From: Candidatus Woesebacteria bacterium UBA5941
GTDB lineage: Bacteria; Patescibacteriota; Microgenomatia; UBA8517
Assembly: GCA_002430735.1 (NCBI GenBank)
Contig: DJCV01000003.1
Coordinates: forward strand, 21,142 to 85,141
Direction: 5' to 3'
Length of the DNA stretch: 64,000 nucleotides
A program made the position numbers and the translations under genes. This document shows positions 19,241 to 29,643 of the stretch, piece after piece; position 1 is the first letter of the stretch; each line of letters starts with the position of its first letter. Below the pieces are notes generated by a model. The model saw only the letters and a program-made list of their open reading frames with translations, was not told the origin of the DNA and searched no databases.

Positions 19241-20782
19241 TTAGGACTTGTTCTTTCCTTTTTGAAGCAACTTCCAAAATTCCGGGTACAGTTCTTCAAC
19301 AGTTGGATCAACAGCGCGTTTCAGCTGAGGGAAAAATGTTGCTTCGCGTGCAGACACATTTTCTAAAAACCAAAAGACTCGTTCACTGTGTCCGTATCCT
19401 GAAACAGGTGGCATTCCATACTCAAGCATTTCTACAAAGTCGATATCCATCATTTGTGCTTCGTCATCTCCAGCTTCACGAGCTTGTTGTTGCTCTAAAA
19501 AGCGACGGTACTGATCAACGGGATCGTTTAGCTCTGAATAGCCATTTCCTAATTCTGTCCCCGCGAGAATTACGTGGAACCGCTCGGTGAGATCTGGGTT
19601 TTCAGGCTTAGATTTTGCAAGAGGAGACATAAATTTTGGTTCATTAATTAAAAACGCAGGACCCGTTATTGTTTTTCGAACAAGCTTCCATAAATTATCA
19701 ACTAATCGATTTCTATTAATTGCTCCATCAAGACGTACTTTATTTGAGAGCAATACTTTCTGCATTTCTTCATCACTCGCCGTATCAATATCAATTCCCA
19801 ATTTCTCAAGAATTGAGTTTTTATAATCTACTTCTACCCAATCTGCATTTAAGTCAAAGGTATGATCATTCTTCGTGAATGTGCTTTTCCCATATACGCT
19901 TTGTGCGATATACCTAAATAAATCACGAACGAGGTTCATATTGTCGCGATAATCTGCATATGCCCAATACCACTCAGCTTGGTAATACTCCTGCAAATGC
20001 TCATCGTCTATTCCTTCGTTTCTAAAGTTTGGCGCTAAGGTAAAGATTTTTTCAAATCCTCCACCAATTAATCGCTTCTGCGGAAGTTCCGTTGAAATTC
20101 GCAAGTAAAAGTCTTCATCAAGTGCATTGTGATGAGTGACAAATGGCCGAGCATCAGCACCACCAGTTACGTGTTCCATGACAGGAGCCTCTACTTCCGT
20201 AAATCCTTGTGAAACTAAAAATTCGCGGTTTGCTTTCCAAAACAAACTCTTTCTTTTAAAGAGTTCTCGACGATCTGGATTCATAATTAAATCTAAGTAT
20301 CGTTTTCGGTAAATTAACTCTTGATCAGTTAACCCTTCCCACTTTTCAGGAAGCGGGCGAATAGACTTCGTTAAAATGCGAATCGTATGAGGAATGATAG
20401 AAATTTCACCACGTGTTGTCTTAGTAATAACCCCACGAACTTCCAAAAAGTCTCCAATGTCGACTAAGGACAAGTCAGAAAAACCGAGCGTTCCTTTTTC
20501 AGTATCGGTTTCTTTTAATGAATCAGCTTGTACAAATATCTGAATCTTTCCACTCTCGTCCATTAAATGACCAAAGATAAGTTGACCATGCTCTCTCCAA
20601 CTCAAGAGTCGTCCAGTAAGAGTTAATTCTTTGCCTTCAAATTCACTGAATTGTTCAACAACTGTTTGGTTCTTTTCTTCCTTGTTGGATTTTGCTGGAT
20701 ATGGATCAATCCCCATTTCTCGGAGCTTTGCCACTTTGGCAAGTCGGATTTCTCTGATTTCAGCGAGTCTACTTTTACTCAT
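19241..20782 (-). CDS. lysS: lysine--tRNA ligase (class II)
   Basis: Class II motifs and OB-fold N-domain; start set at MSKSRLAEIRE (ATG complement 20780-20782). Confidence 0.9.
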   Translation of the reverse strand: MSKSRLAEIREIRLAKVAKLREMGIDPYPAKSNKEEKNQTVVEQFSEFEGKELTLTGRLLSWREHGQLIFGHLMDESGKIQIFVQADSLKETDTEKGTLGFSDLSLVDIGDFLEVRGVITKTTRGEISIIPHTIRILTKSIRPLPEKWEGLTDQELIYRKRYLDLIMNPDRRELFKRKSLFWKANREFLVSQGFTEVEAPVMEHVTGGADARPFVTHHNALDEDFYLRISTELPQKRLIGGGFEKIFTLAPNFRNEGIDDEHLQEYYQAEWYWAYADYRDNMNLVRDLFRYIAQSVYGKSTFTKNDHTFDLNADWVEVDYKNSILEKLGIDIDTASDEEMQKVLLSNKVRLDGAINRNRLVDNLWKLVRKTITGPAFLINEPKFMSPLAKSKPENPDLTERFHVILAGTELGNGYSELNDPVDQYRRFLEQQQAREAGDDEAQMMDIDFVEMLEYGMPPVSGYGHSERVFWFLENVSAREATFFPQLKRAVDPTVEELYPEFWKLLQKGKNKS

Positions 20783-20852
20783 GAGGCAAGTATAGTGGAA
20801 AACAAGGCACAAAAAAAGCGCCTGCACAATGCAGACGCCGGTTGTCACGATT

Positions 20853-21299
20853 TTACAATTGTGACTTTAGTAATTCTCTGAGCCAGATCACAATATCTTG
20901 TTCGTTCGACTGTACCCGAACAAAATAGACTTGCTCAGACCTGCTTCCAAAAAACGTCAGGCGAATACCCTTCATGCGGCCATTCGCCACGTGAAGTGCC
21001 ATCGTTACGTTGCGGGCCAAAAACTTTTGCAGTAGATCCGCATCAACGGTAACATCCTCGGTAAACCTCAATTCTCCCGGAGTATCAGGGATCAATTCAT
21101 TCCCAGGCTTTCCGAAGAGATGTTCACACTGAAAATAATTTGCTTCTGTTGTCACAACCGCGTTGTTGTTATCAACAAAGTAAAAGCTCATCCGATGATC
21201 CCATGAAAGTTCTACAAACCCCACTCTCATAAGCATCTTCACGACCAGGTCTTCAACAGTCAGTACTCCTCGAAACATTAGGTCTCTCCTTATAGCCAA
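20853..21299 (-). CDS. hypothetical protein
   Basis: 148-aa ORF without recognisable motifs; overlaps upstream hypothetical by 10 nt. Confidence 0.4.
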   Translation of the reverse strand: MAIRRDLMFRGVLTVEDLVVKMLMRVGFVELSWDHRMSFYFVDNNNAVVTTEANYFQCEHLFGKPGNELIPDTPGELRFTEDVTVDADLLQKFLARNVTMALHVANGRMKGIRLTFFGSRSEQVYFVRVQSNEQDIVIWLRELLKSQL

Positions 21300-21619
21300 G
21301 ATTGAGTAGCTTTCATGAGTTCCAGCGAAACCACGACCACAATTAAGCCAATTGTGATAAGCGTAAAGGCAGTGTCTCTTAATTCAATGCACTTTGTTTG
21401 CACCAGCACTAAATATAGTTCTGATCTACTAAACAACAGTTGTGGACGGTCGCACTTATGACGCAACACAGAACTTCGAAATCGGTACACTATCTGTGGG
21501 AACCAGTTGGAGAATACGAGATCCATCCAACTAACTACAAACATGCTTAAGGCGATAAATCCAACAGCAGCACACGTACCACCTGCCGCGAATGCAAGTA
21601 GTAATACTACGTAAATCAT
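21290..21619 (-). CDS. hypothetical small membrane protein (2 TM)
   Basis: 109-aa ORF with two hydrophobic helices. Confidence 0.4.
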   Translation of the reverse strand: MIYVVLLLAFAAGGTCAAVGFIALSMFVVSWMDLVFSNWFPQIVYRFRSSVLRHKCDRPQLLFSRSELYLVLVQTKCIELRDTAFTLITIGLIVVVVSLELMKATQSWL

Positions 21620-21697
21620 TACAAATTCCTTTCAAGGTACGATCGGACGAGAGTACGCTATTTTAGCACGAAATGAACGCGTTTTGAAGCTATGGGG

Positions 21698-22123
21698 TTA
21701 TCGTTTTGGTGAAGACTTCTTTCGTCGTGACTTTCCACCAGTTCCGACCATTCGTCGTTCTCGAATTCGAGAATCTCGAGTTAAGAGGCCATAAGACTTA
21801 AGCGGAGCTCTGAATTTATCAGCGTCTAGTTGAGAAAGTGCTCGTGAAGTTGCGTGTACAACCGCTTCAAGTTGTCCAACTTTACCTCCACCTGCTACTT
21901 TAACAGTGATATAAAACTTTCCTGTCGTTCCAGTTAACTCAAATGGTTTTTGCCACAACTTTGTTGAAGCTTCTCCAGGGAAGTACTTTCCAATAACATC
22001 ACCATTTACGGTGCTTTCAGTATCTCCTTTATATAAACGAACGCGAGCAGAAGACGTTCGTCTTCGCCCCACTGCATATGTATAGTCTTTTTTAGCTTTA
22101 GTTTTTGTTGTTGTGTCTGCCAT
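21698..22123 (-). CDS. rpsI: 30S ribosomal protein S9 (basic C-terminal extension)
   Basis: ...YGLLTRDSRIRERRMVG... S9 C-terminal signature. Confidence 0.9.
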   Translation of the reverse strand: MADTTTKTKAKKDYTYAVGRRRTSSARVRLYKGDTESTVNGDVIGKYFPGEASTKLWQKPFELTGTTGKFYITVKVAGGGKVGQLEAVVHATSRALSQLDADKFRAPLKSYGLLTRDSRIRERRMVGTGGKSRRKKSSPKR

Positions 22124-22125
22124 GG

Positions 22126-22509
22126 TTATTTAACAAATTTCAATCGTCGCATTCGTTGTTGTCTCAATCGGTTTCCAGGAAGCATGTTGTATACAGCCAT
22201 TTCCAAAATCTTCGCAGGTTGTTCAGTTTTTAACTTCATGAACTTAATTTCTCTGAAACCTCCTGGGAATCCTGAGTGTCTATGATACACTTTCTTCAAT
22301 TCTTTTCCACCAGTGACTGCAATCTTCTCTACATTTTTAACGTTCACGAAATCTCCGCTATCCATGTGAGCGGAATAAGAAGGTTTATGCTTTCCCATTA
22401 AATAGGTAGCAATTTGAGACGCAACTCGACCCAAGACTTTGTTGTCCGCATCAACTTCGTGCGTTTCTCGCTTTACTTCACTAGCTGTTGGTTGAAATGT
22501 TTTAATCAT
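22126..22509 (-). CDS. rplM: 50S ribosomal protein L13
   Basis: 127 aa; canonical L13 placement upstream of rpsI. Confidence 0.9.
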   Translation of the reverse strand: MIKTFQPTASEVKRETHEVDADNKVLGRVASQIATYLMGKHKPSYSAHMDSGDFVNVKNVEKIAVTGGKELKKVYHRHSGFPGGFREIKFMKLKTEQPAKILEMAVYNMLPGNRLRQQRMRRLKFVK

Positions 22510-22553
22510 ATAGTTTGAAAAAAGAAATCTGTTTCAGGTAACAAATGAATGGT

Positions 22554-22979
22554 TTATTTTTCAGTTGTTACCTGTGACTTATCGCCTTTTTCAGCCTTTT
22601 TAGCTTTCGCTTCCGGTTGTCCTTCGACTACCATGAAACTAATAGTAGCTAAAGCTGCATTGTCACCACGTCGTGGTGGCAATTTTGTAATGCTTGTATA
22701 TCCTCCATTGCGAGATTTCGCAAGAGATTCATACGTAAAGAGTTTTGCGACTGCAGTACGATCATTTCTGAGTGCTGCTGCTGCATTTCTCTTCGCGGCT
22801 AAGGTCGGATCTTTTACAAATTTCATCAATTTGTCCAAGTCTGGCTGAATAGCCTGAGCTTTGGCCAGTGTTGTTTTAACACTTCCGTGCTCAATTACTG
22901 CTTTTACTAATCCGTTAAAAAGTGCTTCTCGGCTCTTTCTATTTCTAGAAAGTTGTTTTCCAAATACTTTATTACGCAT
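22554..22979 (-). CDS. rplQ: 50S ribosomal protein L17
   Basis: 141 aa following rpoA; L17-like N-terminal block. Confidence 0.9.
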   Translation of the reverse strand: MRNKVFGKQLSRNRKSREALFNGLVKAVIEHGSVKTTLAKAQAIQPDLDKLMKFVKDPTLAAKRNAAAALRNDRTAVAKLFTYESLAKSRNGGYTSITKLPPRRGDNAALATISFMVVEGQPEAKAKKAEKGDKSQVTTEK

Positions 22980-23898
22980 CTTGTAATTTCACTCCTTTCT
23001 CCTTGAGTAAATCATTAATGACGTCTAAAGATTTTCCGCCAAGATTACGAACCTTCATCAGTTCAACGCGTGGTGCGTTGCAAAGCTTTTCAACTGTCTC
23101 AAATCCGGCCTTTGCGAGTGCGTTAGCAACTCGTGTAGGTAATCCGAGCTCTTCGACAGAAAGCTTTCCGACACTTCCCAAAGCGCTTTCGCTTTCTTCT
23201 CGTGGTGCGGACACAACTTGTTCTTTCGGATGAACAATCTGGTCAAAATAAGAGAGTAAAGTTGTTGCTGCTTCAGTAATGGCTGCCATTGGTTCAATGG
23301 TTCCATTCGTGACAACTTCTAAAGTTAATTTGTCATAATTGGTTACTCGTCCAACACGAGTCTCTTCAATTTTCGGTGTTACCCGAACAACTGGTGAGAA
23401 ACTTGCATCAAGCGGGATAATACCAATTTGCTCTTGCTCTCGATCGGCTGCTGGCTTGTAGCCAACTCCACTTTCAATCGTTAATTTTGCTGAAAGTTTT
23501 GCTCCTTTTGCAAGGTTTGCAAGAACGAGGTCAGGGTTAGCAATAGTTGCTCCTGCTGGTAATTCGATATCCCGAGCATACACTTCTCCTGGGTTTTTCA
23601 CCGAGAGAGTTGCATGAATAGGTTCTGTTCCAGAGTAAGAAACTGCTACCTTTTTCAAGTTTAAAAGGAAGTCGAGGACATCTTCTTTCATACCTGAAAG
23701 TGTTGTGAACTGGTGTTTAACCCCTTCGATTTCGACTGTGGTTATTGCAGCTCCTTTTAGGCTTGTAAGAAGAACTCTTCGCAAGGCTACTCCCAACGTA
23801 TGGCCATAACCTGCGGCCAAGGGAGTAATCACAAATTTCCCGTAGGTTTTATCTTGTTTTTCTGTTTTTATTTCAAAAATTGGTTCCATACGTATCAC
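22972..23898 (-). CDS. rpoA: DNA-directed RNA polymerase subunit alpha
   Basis: 308 aa; NTD dimerisation and CTD (...ELGLPTRVANALAKAGFETV...) motifs. Confidence 0.95.
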   Translation of the reverse strand: MIRMEPIFEIKTEKQDKTYGKFVITPLAAGYGHTLGVALRRVLLTSLKGAAITTVEIEGVKHQFTTLSGMKEDVLDFLLNLKKVAVSYSGTEPIHATLSVKNPGEVYARDIELPAGATIANPDLVLANLAKGAKLSAKLTIESGVGYKPAADREQEQIGIIPLDASFSPVVRVTPKIEETRVGRVTNYDKLTLEVVTNGTIEPMAAITEAATTLLSYFDQIVHPKEQVVSAPREESESALGSVGKLSVEELGLPTRVANALAKAGFETVEKLCNAPRVELMKVRNLGGKSLDVINDLLKEKGVKLQDA

Positions 23899-23910
23899 CT
23901 CCTTAAAAAT

Positions 23911-24513
23911 TTATCGTGAGTAGAATTCAATGACTTCTTGGTCCTGGAATGATTCTGGTACATCTTCCCGTGAAGGAAGTCTCACTATTTGTCCTGCTGC
24001 AGCTTTGCGATTAAGCCAAGCTGGCACAACGGTATCTTCTTTCTTTAAGTTTAACGCAACCCCTGGCATTTGCATTGCTTTTGCAGTCAAAGTAATGGTA
24101 TCTCCTGGCATAACTTGGTATGAGGCAATGTTTACTTTCTTGCCGTTTACAAGCACATGTCGATGAGAAACGAGTTGTCGTGCCTCTGGTCGAGTGTTTG
24201 TGAATCCAAGTCGGAAAATAGTGTTATCAAGTCGTCTCTCAAGTAAAGAGAAGAACGCATTGATAGTATTTCCTTTGGTTTTCATTGCTTTCTCCATGTA
24301 GCTTGCAAATTGCTTTTCAAGCATTCCATACATTCGCTTTACCTTTTGCTTTTCTCTCAACTGTTTTCCGTATTGAGAAGGAGCACCTTTTGCACCTTTT
24401 GGTCCATGAACTCCAGGAAAAATATTCAGACGAGTAAGCTTTGCTCCTTTATTGAAAAGGTCAAAGTTTTCGCGTCTGCTTAATCTGTCTTTAGGTCCAG
24501 TGTATCGTGCCAT
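23911..24513 (-). CDS. rpsD: 30S ribosomal protein S4
   Basis: MARYTGPKDRLSRRENFDLF. Confidence 0.95.
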   Translation of the reverse strand: MARYTGPKDRLSRRENFDLFNKGAKLTRLNIFPGVHGPKGAKGAPSQYGKQLREKQKVKRMYGMLEKQFASYMEKAMKTKGNTINAFFSLLERRLDNTIFRLGFTNTRPEARQLVSHRHVLVNGKKVNIASYQVMPGDTITLTAKAMQMPGVALNLKKEDTVVPAWLNRKAAAGQIVRLPSREDVPESFQDQEVIEFYSR

Positions 24514-24525
24514 ATAGTGTAATTG

Positions 24526-24870
24526 TTATACTCTTCGTTTCTTCTTTGCTCGTGGCCCATCGTGTGGGATAGGTGTTACGTCTGCAATTAAAGAAATCTT
24601 AACTCCTGCTGCTCGGATTGCACGCAATGATGCGTCTCGTCCAGGTCCAGGTCCTTTAATAAAAACCTCAGCTTCAGTTAATCCTTTTGCTTCTTTCGCT
24701 TTGCTTACAACTGCTTCAACTGCAGTGGTTGCAGCATACGGAGTGGACTTTCGAGCCCCTTTAAATCCAGCATTTCCAGCAGAACCCCACGCAATAGTTG
24801 CGCCTTGTTCATCAGTAACTGTTACTAATGTATTGTTAAAACTTGCTGAAATATAAATTTTTCCGTTCAT
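24526..24870 (-). CDS. rpsK: 30S ribosomal protein S11
   Basis: ...[11 protein letters not shown]...[17 protein letters not shown]. Confidence 0.95.
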   Translation of the reverse strand: MNGKIYISASFNNTLVTVTDEQGATIAWGSAGNAGFKGARKSTPYAATTAVEAVVSKAKEAKGLTEAEVFIKGPGPGRDASLRAIRAAGVKISLIADVTPIPHDGPRAKKKRRV

Positions 24871-24875
24871 GGTAT

Positions 24876-25280
24876 TTATTTATCTTTTTTAGCGGCTTCA
24901 ACTTTGGCAAGCATTTCTTTCTTAAATGCACCAACAGTCTTTCGCTTTCCTCGCTTTGTTCGAGCGTTACTCTTTGTTCGTTGTCCCCGAACAGGAAGTC
25001 CTCGACTGTGTCGAATTCCTCGATATGCGCTAATATCACGTAGTCGTTGAATGTTTTCTCGAATAGCACGAACTAAATCTCCTTCAACAAGATGTGGCTC
25101 AAGTGCTTTCGCAACTTGTGCAATCTCTTCGTTTGAAAGATCCTTAACTCGGGTTGATGCTTCAATTTTTGCATCTTTCAAGACATCGCTACTTTTTGCC
25201 CAGCCAATTCCCTTTAAGCGTGTTAACGCATAATCAATTCTCCATTTGTCTTGTAGTTCCATTCCTGAGATACGTGCCAT
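24876..25280 (-). CDS. rpsM: 30S ribosomal protein S13
   Basis: MARISGMEL...GIG... Confidence 0.95.
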   Translation of the reverse strand: MARISGMELQDKWRIDYALTRLKGIGWAKSSDVLKDAKIEASTRVKDLSNEEIAQVAKALEPHLVEGDLVRAIRENIQRLRDISAYRGIRHSRGLPVRGQRTKSNARTKRGKRKTVGAFKKEMLAKVEAAKKDK

Positions 25281-25293
25281 ATATATATTTATT

Positions 25294-25407
25294 TTATCCT
25301 TGTCTTTGCTTGTGCTTTGGATTTTCGCAGATCACGCGAATAACGCCTCCGCGCTTAATCACTTTGCACTTCATGCAAATCTTTTTAACTGATGATCTAA
25401 CTTTCAT
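25294..25407 (-). CDS. rpmJ: 50S ribosomal protein L36 (37 aa; below ORF-track size cutoff)
   Basis: Hand translation: [37 protein letters not shown]. Confidence 0.85.
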   Translation of the reverse strand: MKVRSSVKKICMKCKVIKRGGVIRVICENPKHKQRQG

Positions 25408-25416
25408 AATTGTTTC

Positions 25417-25638
25417 TTAATTATCTGCTCTTCCGATAACTCGTCCGCGTTTATCGTCGTACGGAGTCATTTCAACTAAAATTCGACTTCCTGGCATGAG
25501 CTTAAAAAAGCTTCTGCGCATCTTGCCTGAAGGAATACCCCAGACTTCTCGGCCGTCAACGAGTTTCACACGAAACATCGTATTTGGCAAGATCTCTAAT
25601 ATTTCTCCCACTACAACAGTATTTTTGCCTTTTGTCAT
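25417..25638 (-). CDS. infA: translation initiation factor IF-1
   Basis: 73 aa S1-like OB fold ...MFRVKLVDGREV... Confidence 0.95.
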   Translation of the reverse strand: MTKGKNTVVVGEILEILPNTMFRVKLVDGREVWGIPSGKMRRSFFKLMPGSRILVEMTPYDDKRGRVIGRADN

Positions 25639-26387
25639 TTGGTTAGTATTAGAGTCGAGGTAGCAGTTACCGCCACGGTCTCTTCAAAAAGCGCTGCAAT
25701 TGTACCATCCTTTGTGCGTAATGTCCAACCGTCTTTATCAAGTTTCAGTTGTCCGCTTCCTTCGGTGTACATAACCTCAAGCGCCAAGGTCATTCCAGGG
25801 ACTATTTTAACACGTTCTTCAGGTGCGCCGCTGACGAAACAGGGAATATAGGGGTCTTCATGCAGTTCACGCCCAACTCCGTGGCCTGTAAGCGATTTAA
25901 TGGGGTTAAAACCAGCATCTGTGAGCGTTCGCTCATAGGCGCGTGCGATATCTCCAATAGTCTTACCAACTCGAGCTTCCTTTATAGCATTTTTTACAGC
26001 TTCTCGCCCAACTGATAAGAAGTGTACCTTACTTTCGTCTACGCCTAAATACTTAGAAATAGCCGTGTCAGTATGAAAACCTTTGTAAAACATGCCAACA
26101 TCCACGCTCACGACGTCTCCTTCAGCAAAAATCGTCTCTTTTTTAGGAATTCCGTGAACAACACCAGAGTTTACGTTAATACAAGTAGCCCATTTGTATC
26201 CAGGAACTTTCTTAAATGAAGCTTCTCCTCCTTCGTTTGCGATAAGCTTTACAGCAGCAAGCTCAATATCCCACGCAGAGACGCCTGGATTTACCAGCTC
26301 ATAGAGCGCTTTTTTCACTTTCGCGAGTTTTTCTCCGCCTTCCTTCATCGCAGAAATAGCTCGTTCATCTTTTAAGGGAATATGCAT
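25635..26387 (-). CDS. map: methionine aminopeptidase type I
   Basis: 250 aa, metal-binding D/H/E pattern (...FAEGDVVSVDVG...HGVG...). Confidence 0.9.
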   Translation of the reverse strand: MHIPLKDERAISAMKEGGEKLAKVKKALYELVNPGVSAWDIELAAVKLIANEGGEASFKKVPGYKWATCINVNSGVVHGIPKKETIFAEGDVVSVDVGMFYKGFHTDTAISKYLGVDESKVHFLSVGREAVKNAIKEARVGKTIGDIARAYERTLTDAGFNPIKSLTGHGVGRELHEDPYIPCFVSGAPEERVKIVPGMTLALEVMYTEGSGQLKLDKDGWTLRTKDGTIAALFEETVAVTATSTLILTK

Positions 26388-26424
26388 GGAGATATTATAC
26401 GCTAAAGTGAGCTTGAATGCTTGA

Positions 26425-27051
26425 CTAAAAGCCCGGAAGATTGGACAGAATTTGTTGTTGAATCACATCAATTGCCTGCAAGCCATCTATTTCAACCAAT
26501 TTTCCTTGAGTTCTCACTGCATTAATAAGTGGTTCGGTGCTCGCATGGTACTCAGAGAGCCGTTTTCTGATAGAGTCTGGTTGATCATCTTCTCTATGCA
26601 CCAATGTTGATTGATTAATGTCAGCAGGTGGTGGGTTCGTTATTAAGTTATAGATTTTACCTGAAACAGGATCCATTCGACGAGCAGACAATCGTTTCAC
26701 CGTCTCTTCCTCGGGAATTGTTAAAAAAATCACTTTTTCTATTCCAGACCCGTGGGATTGCAAAAAATCTGTGATTAAATTCCACTGAGGGAGAGACCTC
26801 GGATATCCGTCAAAAATAACGTTATCGAATTGGTTTTTTTCAATGAAATGGTCCCGAACAAGCTTATACATCATGTCATCTGGAATCAGTGCACCTATTT
26901 TATTGACGATTTGATCAATGTCAGAGCGGGTTTTAGCGATTTGACGAAGATACGCCCCTGCATCGAAGTAATACATTCCTGTTTTTTCTGCAAGCATTTC
27001 ACCCTGGGTACCTTTTCCAGAGCCTTGAGGTCCAAGAAGTGCAATATTCAT
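26425..27051 (-). CDS. adk: adenylate kinase
   Basis: P-loop GPQGSGKGTQ, 208 aa. Confidence 0.9.
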   Translation of the reverse strand: MNIALLGPQGSGKGTQGEMLAEKTGMYYFDAGAYLRQIAKTRSDIDQIVNKIGALIPDDMMYKLVRDHFIEKNQFDNVIFDGYPRSLPQWNLITDFLQSHGSGIEKVIFLTIPEEETVKRLSARRMDPVSGKIYNLITNPPPADINQSTLVHREDDQPDSIRKRLSEYHASTEPLINAVRTQGKLVEIDGLQAIDVIQQQILSNLPGF

Positions 27052-27109
27052 ATAAATCCAGTGTACTACAAAAAGGATGATATACGACGGAAGTGAAACT
27101 GAAGATGCC

Positions 27110-28393
27110 CTACTTTAAGTACTTGTCGTACTTATTCATGATCATTTGGCTTTCAATATTGCGGACCAATTCAAGGACGACTGAAACAACGATTAAAATA
27201 CTCGTTCCACCGATAGCTAATGTCGTTGTACCCACCGCATTTTGGAAGAGTGATGGAAGGACTGCGATGAGACCCAAAAAGGCTGCTCCTGCCATCGTAA
27301 TTCGATTTAAGACGTACCGCAGGTACTTTTCTGTATGATCACCAGGTCGAACGCCTGGAATGAACCCACCGCTCTTCTTCAGGTTCTCCGCGATTTTTTC
27401 AGGATTAAAGACTACTGAAGTATAAAAATAGGTAAATGCGACCACTAAGGTAAAGTACAAGACGTTATATACGACAGACTGTGGATTAAACAACTGTGTG
27501 AGACCAACTGCAATACTTGCGAGTTGCTGATTTCCAGATCCAGAAAGGAACTGTGAAATGAGAGTAGGCAGAAGCACTAATGACACAGCGAAGATAATAG
27601 GAATAACCCCGGCCTGGTTAACTCTAAGCGGAATGTATGAACGATCTCCGCCAATAAATTCCTTTGCACGTCGAGAATAATGAATTGGAATCTGGCGCAT
27701 TGCTTCATTAATAAAGACAACCATTCCAATGATAAGGAGTGAAACTACTAAGAAAATACCAATTTTAACCGTATCTTCAGGACGCAATGTTGTATAGGTT
27801 TGGTTAATGAGAGAAGGGAATCGTGCGATAATACCGGCGAAAATTAAAAATGAAACACCGTTTCCAAGACCATATTCAGTGATTAACTCCCCAATCCAGA
27901 CGGTAAAGAGGGTTCCTGCTGTCATGGTTACGACTAACGTTATAAGTCCCAGTGGACTCAAATCAGGAAGTACTCCTGTATTTTTCAAAAGTGCGTACAT
28001 TCCAAATGCCTGAAATACAGCTAAGGGAAGTGTTAAGAACCGCGTGTATTGGTTAAGTTTTTCTTGGCCGAATTCACCTTCTTTTGATAATTCCTCAAGA
28101 GATGGGATAACAAATGACATAAGCTGAATCACGATTGATGCGTTGATATAAGGGTTTAATCCAAGCGCCAAAATTGAAAAGTTCGCAAGCGTTCCACCTG
28201 AAAAGATATCAAGGAGTGAGAAGAATGCGTTTCCGGAAAGGAGTGATCCAAAGGATTCGCGATCAATTCCGATTGCAGGGATGTGTGCAGCAAGTCTAAA
28301 TACAACGATAATCCCAGCCGTTATGAGAAGTTTTCGACGTACCTCACGGATTTGGACTGCTCTTCTAAAGAAAGAAAAAATACTTGTCAGCAT
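27110..28393 (-). CDS. secY: preprotein translocase subunit SecY
   Basis: 427 aa, 10 TM, canonical position after rplO. Confidence 0.95.
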   Translation of the reverse strand: MLTSIFSFFRRAVQIREVRRKLLITAGIIVVFRLAAHIPAIGIDRESFGSLLSGNAFFSLLDIFSGGTLANFSILALGLNPYINASIVIQLMSFVIPSLEELSKEGEFGQEKLNQYTRFLTLPLAVFQAFGMYALLKNTGVLPDLSPLGLITLVVTMTAGTLFTVWIGELITEYGLGNGVSFLIFAGIIARFPSLINQTYTTLRPEDTVKIGIFLVVSLLIIGMVVFINEAMRQIPIHYSRRAKEFIGGDRSYIPLRVNQAGVIPIIFAVSLVLLPTLISQFLSGSGNQQLASIAVGLTQLFNPQSVVYNVLYFTLVVAFTYFYTSVVFNPEKIAENLKKSGGFIPGVRPGDHTEKYLRYVLNRITMAGAAFLGLIAVLPSLFQNAVGTTTLAIGGTSILIVVSVVLELVRNIESQMIMNKYDKYLK

Positions 28394-28824
28394 TAGGCAA
28401 TTGTACCACCAGCTTTGGTGACAGCTTCACTCACAGACTTTGATGCAGCAACATGGAGCACATATTTATTGGTAACTTCGCCAATTCCAACGATCTTTGC
28501 ACCACGACCTTTGTCTTTTTTATTGACAAATCCGTGTTGAATAAGCGTATCAATTGTGACATCCCCCGCTGGGATCAAATTAAGCTTTGCAATTGAAACC
28601 GATGTAGGTTTTGCTTGTGCTTTAAAACGTTGCTTTCCAGGAAGCATCGGAAGTCGGTGTAACAAAGATTTCTTTGTCTTTACACCTTCAAAGAGAATAC
28701 CAACTGTGTATCGAGCCTTTTGTCCTTTTTGCCCACGACCGGTTGTGTGGAATCCTTTTCCACTTCCAACTCCGCGTCCGACGCGTTTTTTACTTTTGGT
28801 GACTACTTTTAATTGGTTATACAT
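28393..28824 (-). CDS. rplO: 50S ribosomal protein L15
   Basis: ...[25 protein letters not shown]. Confidence 0.9.
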   Translation of the reverse strand: MYNQLKVVTKSKKRVGRGVGSGKGFHTTGRGQKGQKARYTVGILFEGVKTKKSLLHRLPMLPGKQRFKAQAKPTSVSIAKLNLIPAGDVTIDTLIQHGFVNKKDKGRGAKIVGIGEVTNKYVLHVAASKSVSEAVTKAGGTIA

Positions 28825-29323
28825 TTGGTTGTCGTCTTTCTTGTAATTTAGTTAATTTTTCAATTGCCTTAATTGTTGCATATACATTTGTGATTTTGTT
28901 GTTTGTTCCAAGGGTCTTTCCAACAGCATCTTTGATTCCAGCAAGTTCTAGTACAACTCGAACAGTTCCTCCTGCGATAATACCGGATCCTGGAGGTGCT
29001 GGTTTCAACATGATTTTAGAAGCACCATATTTGATTCGAACTTCGTAAGGAATCGTGTTTCCTCGTGTTGGGACAACGATCATATGCTTTTTAGCGTTTG
29101 TTACTGCTTTTTGAATTGCACTTCGAACATCTTTCGCCTTTGCAATTGCTGCTCCAACCTTACCATTTCGATCCCCGACAACAACGAGTGCTGAGAATCG
29201 CATTTGGTTTCCACCTTTTGTCTTTTTAGAAACTCGATTTACTTCAACGACTTTCTCATCAAATTCTTTTTGGTATCCACCGTATTGATTATTGTTTTGG
29301 TTTCCTTGGTTATTGTTATACAT
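28817..29323 (-). CDS. rpsE: 30S ribosomal protein S5 with N/Q-rich N-terminal extension; directly followed by rplO (no L30 gene)
   Basis: S5 dsRBD + C-domain; N-terminus MYNNNQGNQNNNQYGGYQ. Confidence 0.9.
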   Translation of the reverse strand: MYNNNQGNQNNNQYGGYQKEFDEKVVEVNRVSKKTKGGNQMRFSALVVVGDRNGKVGAAIAKAKDVRSAIQKAVTNAKKHMIVVPTRGNTIPYEVRIKYGASKIMLKPAPPGSGIIAGGTVRVVLELAGIKDAVGKTLGTNNKITNVYATIKAIEKLTKLQERRQPNV

Positions 29324-29328
29324 AGAAA

Positions 29329-29637
29329 TTAAAATGTGAGTCCTCCAGCACGAGCTGCATCAGCAAGCGCTTTCACTCGACCGTGATAAATATATCCGTT
29401 TCTGTCGAAAACAACAGTGGTTACTTTTGCTTTCACTGCTTTTTGTGCGATATCCGCTCCTACTTGTTGGCTTTCAGTTCCATGAGCTTCCACAATCGTG
29501 ACGCCTTTTACATCATCAATGATTTGAGCATAGATAGCTTTGTTAGAACGAAATACGGTAAGTCGAGGACGCGCTGCCGTTCCTGAGATTTTACCTCGGA
29601 TTCGTTTTTTTCGAATGATTCTGTCTTTAGTTAACAT
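29329..29637 (-). CDS. rplR: 50S ribosomal protein L18
   Basis: 102 aa L18 fold, order L6-L18-S5. Confidence 0.9.
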   Translation of the reverse strand: MLTKDRIIRKKRIRGKISGTAARPRLTVFRSNKAIYAQIIDDVKGVTIVEAHGTESQQVGADIAQKAVKAKVTTVVFDRNGYIYHGRVKALADAARAGGLTF

Positions 29638-29643
29638 AGTGTG

